This document shows positions 54,071 through 64,000 of a stretch of DNA of 64,000 nucleotides, in pieces. The number at the start of each line of letters is the position of its first letter. Within the stretch, counting starts at the first letter, position 1. The stretch is from positions 1 to 64,000 of the forward strand of contig JAANOX010000113.1 of NCBI GenBank assembly GCA_020184695.1, in the 5' to 3' direction. Made by a program: the position numbers and the translations under genes. Origin of the DNA: Histomonas meleagridis 2922-C6/04-290x. Lineage: Eukaryota > Protista > Parabasalia. The notes beneath the pieces were generated by a model that was not told the origin of the DNA, made no database searches, and saw nothing but the letters and a program-made list of their open reading frames with translations.

Positions 54071-57000
54071 ATGATTGATAACGAAAACGTAGGAATAAAA
54101 GTCCGTCATTTTATCAATGAAGTCACAAACCAACTTTCTTCATATAACAAACTCGAATTTAAGATTTTGATGCACAAATTCGAAGTATTTATCGAACAAC
54201 AATATCTAATCAAAAAAGAGCAAAATACAGTCCAAGACTTCTTTACAGACGTTTTCGGAGAAATCAACAGAGAAGGTAATTCATGTACCAACATAATTCT
54301 TCTTAACTCATTAATTGGAATTGATTTAGGAAATAAAATCCAAAAAGCTAACCGTATAATTCATATATTAGAAAACACTCAACTAGTTACCACTAAGGTT
54401 TTCTGGCATTATTTAAATCGAGTTATTCTTTGGTTAAAACGAACAGTTCCGAAATCAATTGAAGGTGTTTTAGTACCTTTTATTGATGCAATTCAATTAT
54501 TTGCACAAAAAAAGAAAGAAGGTATTTCTCCAACTATAGCTTTTACATCTCTTACCATGTTATATAATCATTTTCCAACATATATAAATTCACTTGTATC
54601 AGATAAAACAATTTTAGCAGTATTTCAAGCAGGACTACAAGAGCCATCACCAGAAGTCTTAGAGTGTGGTTTAGAAGCTCTTAAGTGTGCACTTGATAAC
54701 ATCGATACTTGTCATTTCCCAATCAATATTTTATGTCAAAATCTCATGACATGTATCAACAGCAATAAGGCAGATTCGATTGAGATTGCTTGTAAGGCCA
54801 TCGAACTTATCATTGCATCTGATTCAAATAATATCAATTTTTTGAAATTTAATTCAGTTCCACTTAACTTCTTCTCATCTAAAGAACCTGCAGTTAAACT
54901 TGCTGGATATCAAATTCTTCCACTTTGTTATGTCTGTAATCCTGGACTTTTTACAGATGATATAAATGTTTCAATATTAAAAGCATTTACACCTCAAATC
55001 CGAAAAAAGGTTCAAAATCGCAATGAGGCATTGCTTAGCTTAGGTAATTATTTATTTGCACGTAAAGGAGTTGTATCTAAATCTGAAACTAAACGTCTTG
55101 ACAAATGTCGTAAAAGTGTTGAAGAATTAATTGATACTGACCAAGCAGCATATTGTTATACTGCTATTCTTACTACAAATGAAGAGTTATTTGGCAAACA
55201 CATCAACGTAGTCTTTAACGTTCCCCTATCGTCCCGGCTAATTGAAGGGCTTGTTAATTGCAAGAAAATTTTACCAACACATTCAGAATTTTTAGATCAA
55301 CGAGTTTTATCCATTGCTAATACGATATTGTTAGATGGTTCATCATCACCTACTTCAATTATTAATGCATTTGAATGTTTAGAAAAGATGGGAATTCCAG
55401 TTGAATCATATTCAGTTGAATTAGTCTTACAATATTCATTATTAATGACAAATAAGAATTTTAGTACACGAAAAGCAGCATCACGATTTGTCTTATGGTA
55501 TCAAAAGAAGAATCCAACAATTGAAGTAGTTCAACGAGTTTTAGCAGTTATTTCCACTGAAAGTAATAATGAACATCAACAATATTTAATGAAGAACTTA
55601 ATGAAACATCCATCAGATGAAAGCATATTACCATTTTTACAATCATTATTACATGATTTAACAGCAGAAATACGCTTAAAAGCATTAAAATATATTGCAA
55701 AGTTAACACATATTAAAGAAGCATCGGAATTATTAAATGATTTTCTTACTGAAAAAGTTCATGATTTAGAACATTCGAATGTTATTTATAAGGAACATAT
55801 TGAATGTTTCTTATATGTATCACATGCAGCATTTTCTGATCCTAAAAAGATCTTTGCTGAACATGCAAAACAATTACTTGTACCATTTGCGCAATTTTTA
55901 ATTAATTATTTATTAAATTCTACACAACCATTATTTACAGCAGCGATACAATTATTAGCACAAATATTACCATTATCACCACAAGCAGTTAATATTGATA
56001 AGTTAGCAAATCATATTAATAATTGTTTATTAATTCATGCGTCACAAAAGAAAATTAATGCTGCACGAAACTTATTACAATCAGCATTAGATTATACTGA
56101 TTTAAAGTTTAGTATATATGGACCACAACGTGATTTAATTATTCGATTATTTGATTTATCAAGTGTACAAACTAATGAAGAATCACGAGTTAAATTCCTT
56201 AAGTTATTAAGTTCGATTGGACCTTTATCACCACGAATTGTATCTGATTTACATACACAAACACAAACTGATTCAGAAACTCCTTCATTAAATACGCCTA
56301 ATATTTATTTAACTAAATATACACCAGATGAAGCAATTGAAGCATTAACAATGGCTTCAGTAGGTGTAGCATCATTAAATTTATTAGATATATTATTAGA
56401 AGATAATTTATCTTCATTACATTCGATAGCAATTGAATCATTTTTAAATATATTACGTGCACATAGATTTATGATTACTGAAGAACTTGAAGCAGAAATC
56501 TTAAAACGAATTACATTTATGATTACATCTAATAATGCTTCAACTATTTCTGTCTTAATTAAAAACATGTCAACATTAATAACAGTTTTAGGTGAACGAT
56601 TTACACCATTAGTACCACATGCAGTTGATTTAATATGTAATAATTGGACTAAATTAGATCAATCACTTTTAACACGTATTTCTAATTGGATGATGTTATA
56701 TTTACCTGATGCATATATTCCACATTTACCACGTATTGCAAGTTTATTTGTTAAATATTTAACACATTCTGATATTAAATATGTTACAACAATATTATTA
56801 GCAGTATATTCATTTGGTTTAGCAGTACAAACAGTTGATCATATATTATATCCACCTTTATTAAGTTGGATATCTAATCATGCTAAAGAATCAATTGGTG
56901 ATATGTTATCCACATTAAAAGATATATTAGTAAATGGTGGAGCACAAAAGTTTTCATCACAAGTATTACGAACTATGATTCATATAGTTCAAATGAATCC

Positions 57001-60000
57001 TACATTACATGATAAAGCTTTAAACATAGTATTTGTAGTTGGTATTCATTTAGAACAACAATTTTTATTATATATACCACATTTAACATCTGTTTTTAAT
57101 TTTTATAATAATACTAATTTAAAGGCTTATATATTATGTTTAGAAGCTGGTGAAAAACCACCCGATTATATCATTAATCCATTTCAACCGAATTTACCTT
57201 CATCACATGATCGTACTAAATCATCTAAAAATATGTCATTAAATAATGATATACCTAAAATTGATTTCCCTAAACCACAAGCAGATTTTGATGAAAGTCA
57301 ATGGATTAAATGGTGTGATGAATTGTTTTCATTATTAGTACGATATTCTTCATCACGTGCAATATCTGCATGTGATACAATCATTGAAAAACATTCTGGT
57401 ATACGTGAAGCTTTATATCCTATAGCATTTGCATTATTTTATTTCCAATTAAAATCAGTGAATAATGATTCATTAGATGTAATATTAAATCAATTCTTTC
57501 ATTGTAATGGTACACCTCGTAATGTAGTTCGACATTTTTTAGATGTAATTGAAATAATTGAAGTTATTGGAGGTCAAAGTTTAATTAAAAATGAAATAAT
57601 TACTGAGAAAGCTCAAGCTGCTGATAGAATTGCTCAAGCGTTAAGAGCTTCTGAAGAATTATTTGATATTTGTGATAATTCACAAACAGAGAAATTAATT
57701 GTATTTAATCAACAATTAGGTTTACCTTTAGCTGCTAATGGTATTTTACGAATTACTAAACAAAGAGGTTTCCCTACTAAAGCAATATTATCAGAAAGTT
57801 TAGGATTATGGGATGAAGCATTAACATTATATAGTAATGACTTAGAGAAATCACCTAAGAATGAACAATTATATAAAGGTAAACTTAATTGTTTAAGAGC
57901 ATTATCGAAATATTCTGAATTAAAGAAAGCATCGAATGGTAAAAATTGGATATTATATAAAGCAGCAGCAGAATGGCGATTATTTGAACGTGATGAATTC
58001 TTAAGTTCTACGAAACAATTAAATAGTAATGATACTTTAGATGGATTATATTATCGAAGTTTATATCATACTATTAAAGGAGAATATGATCAAGCAGAGA
58101 AATTAATTAATCAAATGAGAATTAAATATTCCGATTTAATATTCCCAATGATTTCTGAAGATTATGAACGTGTTTATAATAATTTTTCTAAAGTTTCTTA
58201 TGGAACTGAAATCGAAGAAGTTATACGTTATTTGAAGATTAAAAAACAATTAGAAAATGCCGTATATGAAGAACGTATTAATTTAGAAGAAGAATTAAAA
58301 CGTATTATTCATACATGGCAATTACGATTTTCGCATTTACCTAATGATCCTGAGATAATGCATGAAACTTTATGTATTCGATCATTAGCATTAAATATTA
58401 CTGATTTAAATAATGAATTTAAGAAATTCTTAAAATGTTCAATTAAACAAGGAAAATATGACTTAGCTAATGATACATTAAATTATCTTAAAAATAATAA
58501 TAAAAATTATGAAAATTCGATTTTCCAATTAATGGAATGTCGATTATTATGGGCATTAAATAAGAAAGAAGAAGCAATCGAAAAAATACCATTAAATAAT
58601 GAAATGTCTCATTTAATTATTGGTAAATGGCGAATGGAAATGAATCAATTAAATGAATCATATGAACAATTTAAATATATAATTACAAACAAGAATAACA
58701 TTACATCTGATATATGGTCATTATGGTCACAAGTTAATTTACAATTATATGAAGAAACTAAAGAAAATTCTTATTTAACAGAATCATTATGTGGTTTATT
58801 AAATGGTTTATCATTAAATCAATCAGATCCATTACCATTTACTTTACGAATTTTATCCATATTATTTAGAAGAGGTAACATTGAATTATATAAGAAGTTT
58901 AATGATAATATTTCATCTTTACCTGTATCAGTATGGATTGATGTCTTACCACAAATTATCGCAAGATCAAATTCGACTGATTCTAATTTACGGAAATTAA
59001 TTCAAGAATTAATTAGTATTATTGGCTTACAACAACCTCATGTAGTATTATATTCATTAATGGTCCCAATTAAAGATGATACATTAAGTGATCGTAAAAG
59101 AATTGCTACTTCTATCTTTAATCGATTACGAATTCGTTATCCAACAATTGTTAAACAAATATTAACATTAGCTAATGAATTAATCCGTACAGCAGTTTCA
59201 TGGTGGGAAATGTGGTATTCGATATTAGATGAAGCTTCACGTGCTTATATCACACGTAAAGATAATGAAGAAATGATAAATTTATTATTACCTTATCATA
59301 AACTTATTACAAATAAACCCGAAACATTTTATGAGATAATATTTGAACGACAATTTGGACAAATATTATCAATATCAGAATCATGGATTAAGAAATATAA
59401 AGAATTAAATACTGACGAATGTTTATTCCAAGCATGGGGGAATTATATTAATGTATTCCATAAACTTAAGCCCATAATTAATGACTTAACAATAATATCA
59501 CTTAAAGATGCTTCACCTTTATTATATAATCTTAAAGATACTCAACTTGTAGTACCTGGTACATATAAATTTAATCGACCATTAATTAACTTAACTTATG
59601 TAGATCCGACAATGACTGTCATGAAAAGTAAACAAAGGCCTCGACGAATGGCATTAATTGGTAGTGATGGAATTAAATATACATTTTTATTAAAGGCGCA
59701 TGAAGATACTCGATTAGATGAACGTGTAATGCAATTCTTTACTTTAGTTAACTCATTTGTATTACATTCGACAATGCCATTAAAGAATAAATTAGGTATT
59801 ACTACTTATAAAGTTATACCATTAACTAATGAAGTAGGTTTAATAGGTTGGGTACCTGAATGTAATACTTTATATGATCTTGTTAAGAGTTATCGTGAAA
59901 AACATAATGTACCATTAGAAATAGAATATCAATCGACTTATAAAATGTGTCCGAAGTTCGAATCGTTACCATTTTGTAATGAGAAATTAAACGCGTTCCG

Positions 60001-60643
60001 TAAAGGATTAAAAGTACAAAAAGGTAACGACTTGAAACATATGATATTCGCTTTAGCTGATGATTCCAATCATTGGATCGAACGTCGAACAACTTATACA
60101 ACTTCATTAGCAATGACTTCGATGGCTGGTTACATATTAGGTTTAGGTGATCGACATATGTGTAACATAATGATCAAGAAAAGAAGCGCGAAATTGGTGC
60201 ACATCGACTTCGGCGATTGTTTCGAAGTCGCTATGCATAGAGATAAGTTCCCCGAAGTTGTTCCATTTAGGTTAACGAGAATGTTACAAAACGCTTTGGA
60301 AGTAAGTCGTATCGAAGGAACGTTTAGGAGCTGTTGTCAAAACGTTATGGAATTGTTGAGGAAAAACGGTAACACAATCATCGGATTGTTGGAAGTGTTC
60401 ATTTATGACCCGCTGAGACAATGGATATGTGAGAACAAAGAAGTGGAAGTGAATGATAATAATAACCAAGAAAGTTCCTCCGCAATTTTGATCATGAATA
60501 GGATTAAGGATAAGTTAAACGGAGGAGATTTCGAGCCTGGCGTACTGTTAAGTGTGAATGATCAAGTCGACAAATTAATCGCTCAAGCGTCAAGTGTAAG
60601 GAATTTATGTATGATGTTTAGAGGGTGGTTCCCCTGGTGGTAA
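54071..60643 (+). CDS. TOR: TOR-like PIKK kinase (paralogue B)
   Basis: FRB WWEMWYSILDEASRAY, LVVPGTY, MKSKQRPRR, KAHEDTRLDERVMQF, GLGDRH, HIDFGDCFE, FATC LCMMFRGWFPWW. Confidence 0.96.
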   Translation: MIDNENVGIKVRHFINEVTNQLSSYNKLEFKILMHKFEVFIEQQYLIKKEQNTVQDFFTDVFGEINREGNSCTNIILLNSLIGIDLGNKIQKANRIIHILENTQLVTTKVFWHYLNRVILWLKRTVPKSIEGVLVPFIDAIQLFAQKKKEGISPTIAFTSLTMLYNHFPTYINSLVSDKTILAVFQAGLQEPSPEVLECGLEALKCALDNIDTCHFPINILCQNLMTCINSNKADSIEIACKAIELIIASDSNNINFLKFNSVPLNFFSSKEPAVKLAGYQILPLCYVCNPGLFTDDINVSILKAFTPQIRKKVQNRNEALLSLGNYLFARKGVVSKSETKRLDKCRKSVEELIDTDQAAYCYTAILTTNEELFGKHINVVFNVPLSSRLIEGLVNCKKILPTHSEFLDQRVLSIANTILLDGSSSPTSIINAFECLEKMGIPVESYSVELVLQYSLLMTNKNFSTRKAASRFVLWYQKKNPTIEVVQRVLAVISTESNNEHQQYLMKNLMKHPSDESILPFLQSLLHDLTAEIRLKALKYIAKLTHIKEASELLNDFLTEKVHDLEHSNVIYKEHIECFLYVSHAAFSDPKKIFAEHAKQLLVPFAQFLINYLLNSTQPLFTAAIQLLAQILPLSPQAVNIDKLANHINNCLLIHASQKKINAARNLLQSALDYTDLKFSIYGPQRDLIIRLFDLSSVQTNEESRVKFLKLLSSIGPLSPRIVSDLHTQTQTDSETPSLNTPNIYLTKYTPDEAIEALTMASVGVASLNLLDILLEDNLSSLHSIAIESFLNILRAHRFMITEELEAEILKRITFMITSNNASTISVLIKNMSTLITVLGERFTPLVPHAVDLICNNWTKLDQSLLTRISNWMMLYLPDAYIPHLPRIASLFVKYLTHSDIKYVTTILLAVYSFGLAVQTVDHILYPPLLSWISNHAKESIGDMLSTLKDILVNGGAQKFSSQVLRTMIHIVQMNPTLHDKALNIVFVVGIHLEQQFLLYIPHLTSVFNFYNNTNLKAYILCLEAGEKPPDYIINPFQPNLPSSHDRTKSSKNMSLNNDIPKIDFPKPQADFDESQWIKWCDELFSLLVRYSSSRAISACDTIIEKHSGIREALYPIAFALFYFQLKSVNNDSLDVILNQFFHCNGTPRNVVRHFLDVIEIIEVIGGQSLIKNEIITEKAQAADRIAQALRASEELFDICDNSQTEKLIVFNQQLGLPLAANGILRITKQRGFPTKAILSESLGLWDEALTLYSNDLEKSPKNEQLYKGKLNCLRALSKYSELKKASNGKNWILYKAAAEWRLFERDEFLSSTKQLNSNDTLDGLYYRSLYHTIKGEYDQAEKLINQMRIKYSDLIFPMISEDYERVYNNFSKVSYGTEIEEVIRYLKIKKQLENAVYEERINLEEELKRIIHTWQLRFSHLPNDPEIMHETLCIRSLALNITDLNNEFKKFLKCSIKQGKYDLANDTLNYLKNNNKNYENSIFQLMECRLLWALNKKEEAIEKIPLNNEMSHLIIGKWRMEMNQLNESYEQFKYIITNKNNITSDIWSLWSQVNLQLYEETKENSYLTESLCGLLNGLSLNQSDPLPFTLRILSILFRRGNIELYKKFNDNISSLPVSVWIDVLPQIIARSNSTDSNLRKLIQELISIIGLQQPHVVLYSLMVPIKDDTLSDRKRIATSIFNRLRIRYPTIVKQILTLANELIRTAVSWWEMWYSILDEASRAYITRKDNEEMINLLLPYHKLITNKPETFYEIIFERQFGQILSISESWIKKYKELNTDECLFQAWGNYINVFHKLKPIINDLTIISLKDASPLLYNLKDTQLVVPGTYKFNRPLINLTYVDPTMTVMKSKQRPRRMALIGSDGIKYTFLLKAHEDTRLDERVMQFFTLVNSFVLHSTMPLKNKLGITTYKVIPLTNEVGLIGWVPECNTLYDLVKSYREKHNVPLEIEYQSTYKMCPKFESLPFCNEKLNAFRKGLKVQKGNDLKHMIFALADDSNHWIERRTTYTTSLAMTSMAGYILGLGDRHMCNIMIKKRSAKLVHIDFGDCFEVAMHRDKFPEVVPFRLTRMLQNALEVSRIEGTFRSCCQNVMELLRKNGNTIIGLLEVFIYDPLRQWICENKEVEVNDNNNQESSSAILIMNRIKDKLNGGDFEPGVLLSVNDQVDKLIAQASSVRNLCMMFRGWFPWW

Positions 60644-60675
60644 ATTTTCTAAAAAGGAGTTTTTAAATTTTTTTT

Positions 60676-60972
60676 TTAATATTCACATTGTTTTTTGAGT
60701 TCCAAATATCGATCATAAAGTTTGTTGTTCTCTTCAATTTGTTGTGCTAACTCATTCTCAACATTAGATAAACGAGCAACCTCTTTTTCGAGCTCTGAAT
60801 TCATTCGATTGGTTTCTTCAAGTGCATTTTCAAGATATTGTATCTGTTGTTCTAAATTCCATTGCTCAGTATACTCTTCTTCCGTGAGCTCAGGTTGAGA
60901 TTGAACTTGTGGTTTGACGTCAGTGATTTGCTTTGCATTCGCAACTTTTGGTGCTAAGGGAACGCGGCTCAT
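60676..60972 (-). CDS. Small coiled-coil hypothetical protein
   Basis: 98-aa ATG-started ORF, E/Q/L-rich heptads. Confidence 0.65.
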   Translation of the reverse strand: MSRVPLAPKVANAKQITDVKPQVQSQPELTEEEYTEQWNLEQQIQYLENALEETNRMNSELEKEVARLSNVENELAQQIEENNKLYDRYLELKKQCEY

Positions 60973-61419
60973 TTACTGTGGCGCCAAATCAATCTGTCAC
61001 TTTTTGTTTGATGTAGAACGTCACTTTTTTGTTAAACTAAATTCAAATTTTGTCAAAAATTTTATAAGTGGTTTCGACCAAATATTGATTGAAAAATAAA
61101 CTATGTAAAGTTATGAAATGAAGTGAATGAGAATATTACCAACTTTTTATCGAAACAGATAATATCAATTTTAATTTATCTACTGTTTAAAGCTTGACGA
61201 CACTTCTGCGTATATTTATTTATGGGAAATTTTCCGAAAGTTTTAACTTTTTTTAAAAAACATACATAATGCTCATATGAATATAGACAATATAATTTTA
61301 TTTTTTTTCTTTTTGATATTTTATGTGTCTATGCAAGAAAAAGTGACTACAAAATTTCTCATTGGACGTCTCCAATTCGGATCCACTCTTTTTATACCTA
61401 AAAAAAATTATAAATTTTA

Positions 61420-63408
61420 TTATTTAGTGTGTTGATTTATGTATTGTTCAAAAAATTCAATTGTTTCATCGCAACAATAAGATTTTGCTAAATCAAACGC
61501 TGTTTCAAATAATTTTATTATATTCCAAATGTTATTAAGAATCATCAAATTGTTAAAATAAATATTAAATAAAATATTTTAATATTTTTGGGATTTACAT
61601 CAATTCCATCTTGTTCAAGTAATAGTTTAACAATATCAACGTTATTATACTCAGAAGCAAACATAAGTGATGTATAATATGATGTTAATAATTTCCAAAT
61701 ATTAGATTTGAAACCCAATATTATGAGTATAAATATCGAATTAATTAAGTAAACATTTTTATAATTAATATCAGTTTCTTTTCGTTTAAGAAGAATTTCA
61801 ACAATTTCAATGTTACCATTCCGAGATGCTTTCATAAGTGCAATAGTATATACTATATTAGTAATATATAAATTACTATATTAAAATATATATTTTAAAT
61901 TAACACCAAAAAATATTATGAAACATCAAATTATTGAAATAAGTTTTAAACAAAACATATAAATATCTTTAGCATTAATATCAATTCCTTCCTGCAAAAG
62001 AAGCAATTTAACTATTTTTGTTTTACCATATTTAGATGCAAACATAAGTGCTGTTTGGAATAATATAAATAATTTCCAAATATTTTTTATAAATATTAAA
62101 AAATTGAATAAAATCTTGAATAAAACAAATAAGCATCTTTAGTATTAACATCAATTCCTTTATGTTTAAAAAGTAATTTAACTATTTTTGTATGACCTTT
62201 TTTAGATGCAGTCATAAGAATTGTTTCAAATAGCTTAAATAAAATCCAAATATTATTTTGATATATTAAATTATTAAAATTAATTTTAAATAAAGCATAT
62301 AAATATCTTTTGCATTTACATCAATTCCATAGTTAATAAATAAATTTACTATTTCTGAAAAATTATTTGCACATGCAATCATAAATGCCGTATTAAATAA
62401 TATAAATGATTTCCAAATATTTTTTTGAAATATCAAATTGTTATAATATACATCAAATAGAACAACCAAATATCTTCAATATTAGTGTCGATTTCTTCTT
62501 GTTCTAGAAGTAATTTTACGACTTCAACATTATTTTTTTCAGTTGCTAATGTAAGTGCTGTTTTATGATTTTATATTTAACATCAAAATTTGGTTATAAA
62601 TTTCAAAAATATAAAATAAACATCAAAAAAATGAAATAAAAATTTTGATCATTAAGATTAAAACATTTTTTTCCAATAAATAATTTAACGATATCTAAAT
62701 TTCCATTAGCACATGAATCATAAATGCATTCCAACATTATTTATTCTAACATTATATTTCATTTTGAAATTTCAAATAACAAAAATTATTATCAAGCAAA
62801 ACAAAGAAAAATCCAATGCATTAATTTCAATTCCTTTATAATCAATAAGATGTTTATCTGTTTCAAAATGATCATTTTGAGTAGCTAACATAAGTGCTGT
62901 TTCATTTGGAAAGACTCCAATAAATATAAAGAAATTTTAAATTATTCATACAAAAATTCAATTTAATATAAAAATATTTGCAATATTTACTTTAATATTC
63001 TTTTGATTAAGTAGTAATTTAACAACTTCAATATGACCATTATATGATGCATCCATAAGTGGCGTCCAAAACAATTCAATTAAATTCCAAGTATTAATAA
63101 TAAATATTAATTCATTAAAACAAAAATTTTATTATATAAAAAAGTATTTTCATTATTAATATTAATTTTATCATGTTTAAGCATTAACTCTACTATTTCA
63201 ACATGACCATAATGTGAAGCTAAAGAAAGTGCTGTATCAAATATATTTAATAAATTCCAAATAAATTATTGAAGTTCGAAATAGTTAAAGTTAATTTTAA
63301 CTTTTGTAAAGAAATATTTTTATCATTGAGTTGAATATTTTTTTGTGCAAGAAACAATTTTGCAATTTCTAAAAACCCATTTTCACATGCAGCAATTAAA
63401 GGAGTATC
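61420..63408 (-). repeat. Ankyrin cassette array 3: 12 diverged ankyrin segments and 11 spacers
   Basis: Segments mostly 93 nt; spacers from left to right 77, 78, 117, 77, 77, 77, 77, 77, 72, 77, 77 nt. The terminal segment ETAFDLAKSYCCDETIEFFEQYINQHTK* ends at 61420-61422. Confidence 0.88.
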
Positions 63409-63432
63409 AAAAAATTATGATAAATTTTATTT

Positions 63433-64000
63433 AACGGTATGAAAAATTAGATATATAAAATAAACTTTAATAAATAAACTAGTTCCAAAAAATGGAAAGC
63501 ACGATAGAGAACGATAGAAATCAGATGGAAAGCTGGTCGTTGTTAGGATTTTATCTAGAAGATCCAATAAAAGCCAATATTGCTCAAAAAACATACCCAG
63601 GAGTAATGCATGATGAAAATAAAAATCAAGCGATTATAAGAATCAGAAGTTTCGGATTTACATATCGCGATATTGAACATTGTCTAAATACATCACAAAA
63701 GCATATTACATTAGTACTTAAAGAATATCAGCTAAGCGGAGAAGTTTCTTGTAAAAAGAGGGGAAGACCTCTAAAAATTGATAATAATGATAAAGCAAAA
63801 ATTGATGAAATAACCATCTCATCACCAAGGTCAACTTGCAAGCATATTTCACAACAAATAAGCAGTCCAGAAAAATCAATCAAAAAATCAACTATTGCAA
63901 AAATCAGACATGAATTACATTTTTTTTTCAAACCACCCAAAAGGAGACCTCAAATGACTCAAGCATGCTTGGATAGAAGACTTACTTTCGCTTATTCTAT
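63433..64000 (+). mobile_element. Tc1-like DNA transposon, 5' part; left boundary approximate, runs off the window
   Basis: The ankyrin spacer pattern stops at about 63433 and a transposase ORF follows. Confidence 0.65.
63492..64000 (+). CDS. Tc1-family transposase N-terminal region (partial; absent from the ORF track because there is no stop in the window)
   Basis: Hand translation: HTH-like GFTYRDIEHCLNTSQKHITLVLK, KRGRPLK, KSTIAKIRHELHF, KPPKRRPQMTQACLDRRLTFA. Confidence 0.8.
   Translation, partial: MESTIENDRNQMESWSLLGFYLEDPIKANIAQKTYPGVMHDENKNQAIIRIRSFGFTYRDIEHCLNTSQKHITLVLKEYQLSGEVSCKKRGRPLKIDNNDKAKIDEITISSPRSTCKHISQQISSPEKSIKKSTIAKIRHELHFFFKPPKRRPQMTQACLDRRLTFAYS

Overview
AT-rich, essentially intronless eukaryotic DNA that reads as a parabasalid (Trichomonas/Tritrichomonas-like). 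This is inferred from TCACT initiator motifs just upstream of ATGs, DUF3447-type ankyrin genes and six Rab-like GTPases. Housekeeping content: eEF2, RPL24, tRNA-Ala(UGC), two TOR kinases, NBP35, a prefoldin subunit, DENN, serpin, saposin-like and RING-ligase genes, and an LRR/ADP-ribosylglycohydrolase. Mobile content: a full-length pogo-like transposon, a decayed integrase-bearing virus-like island, a 1.04-kb tyrosine-recombinase (YR) element and the start of a Tc1-like element. The standout is three separate ankyrin loci (60-1029, 26597-28390, 61420-63408). In these, 93-nt ankyrin-coding cassettes are separated by an AT-rich, frame-breaking spacer at the same codon position. By hand count 16 of 21 spacers are exactly 77 nt despite strong sequence divergence, and none has usable GT-AG boundaries. 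The YR element sits inside one such spacer: removing it restores exactly 77 nt. It is flanked by 12/13-bp near-identical direct repeats and carries a perfect 29-7-29 inverted repeat. The mechanism that handles the spacers (unconventional splicing, DNA-level excision or shuffling, or translational bypass) cannot be decided from sequence alone.
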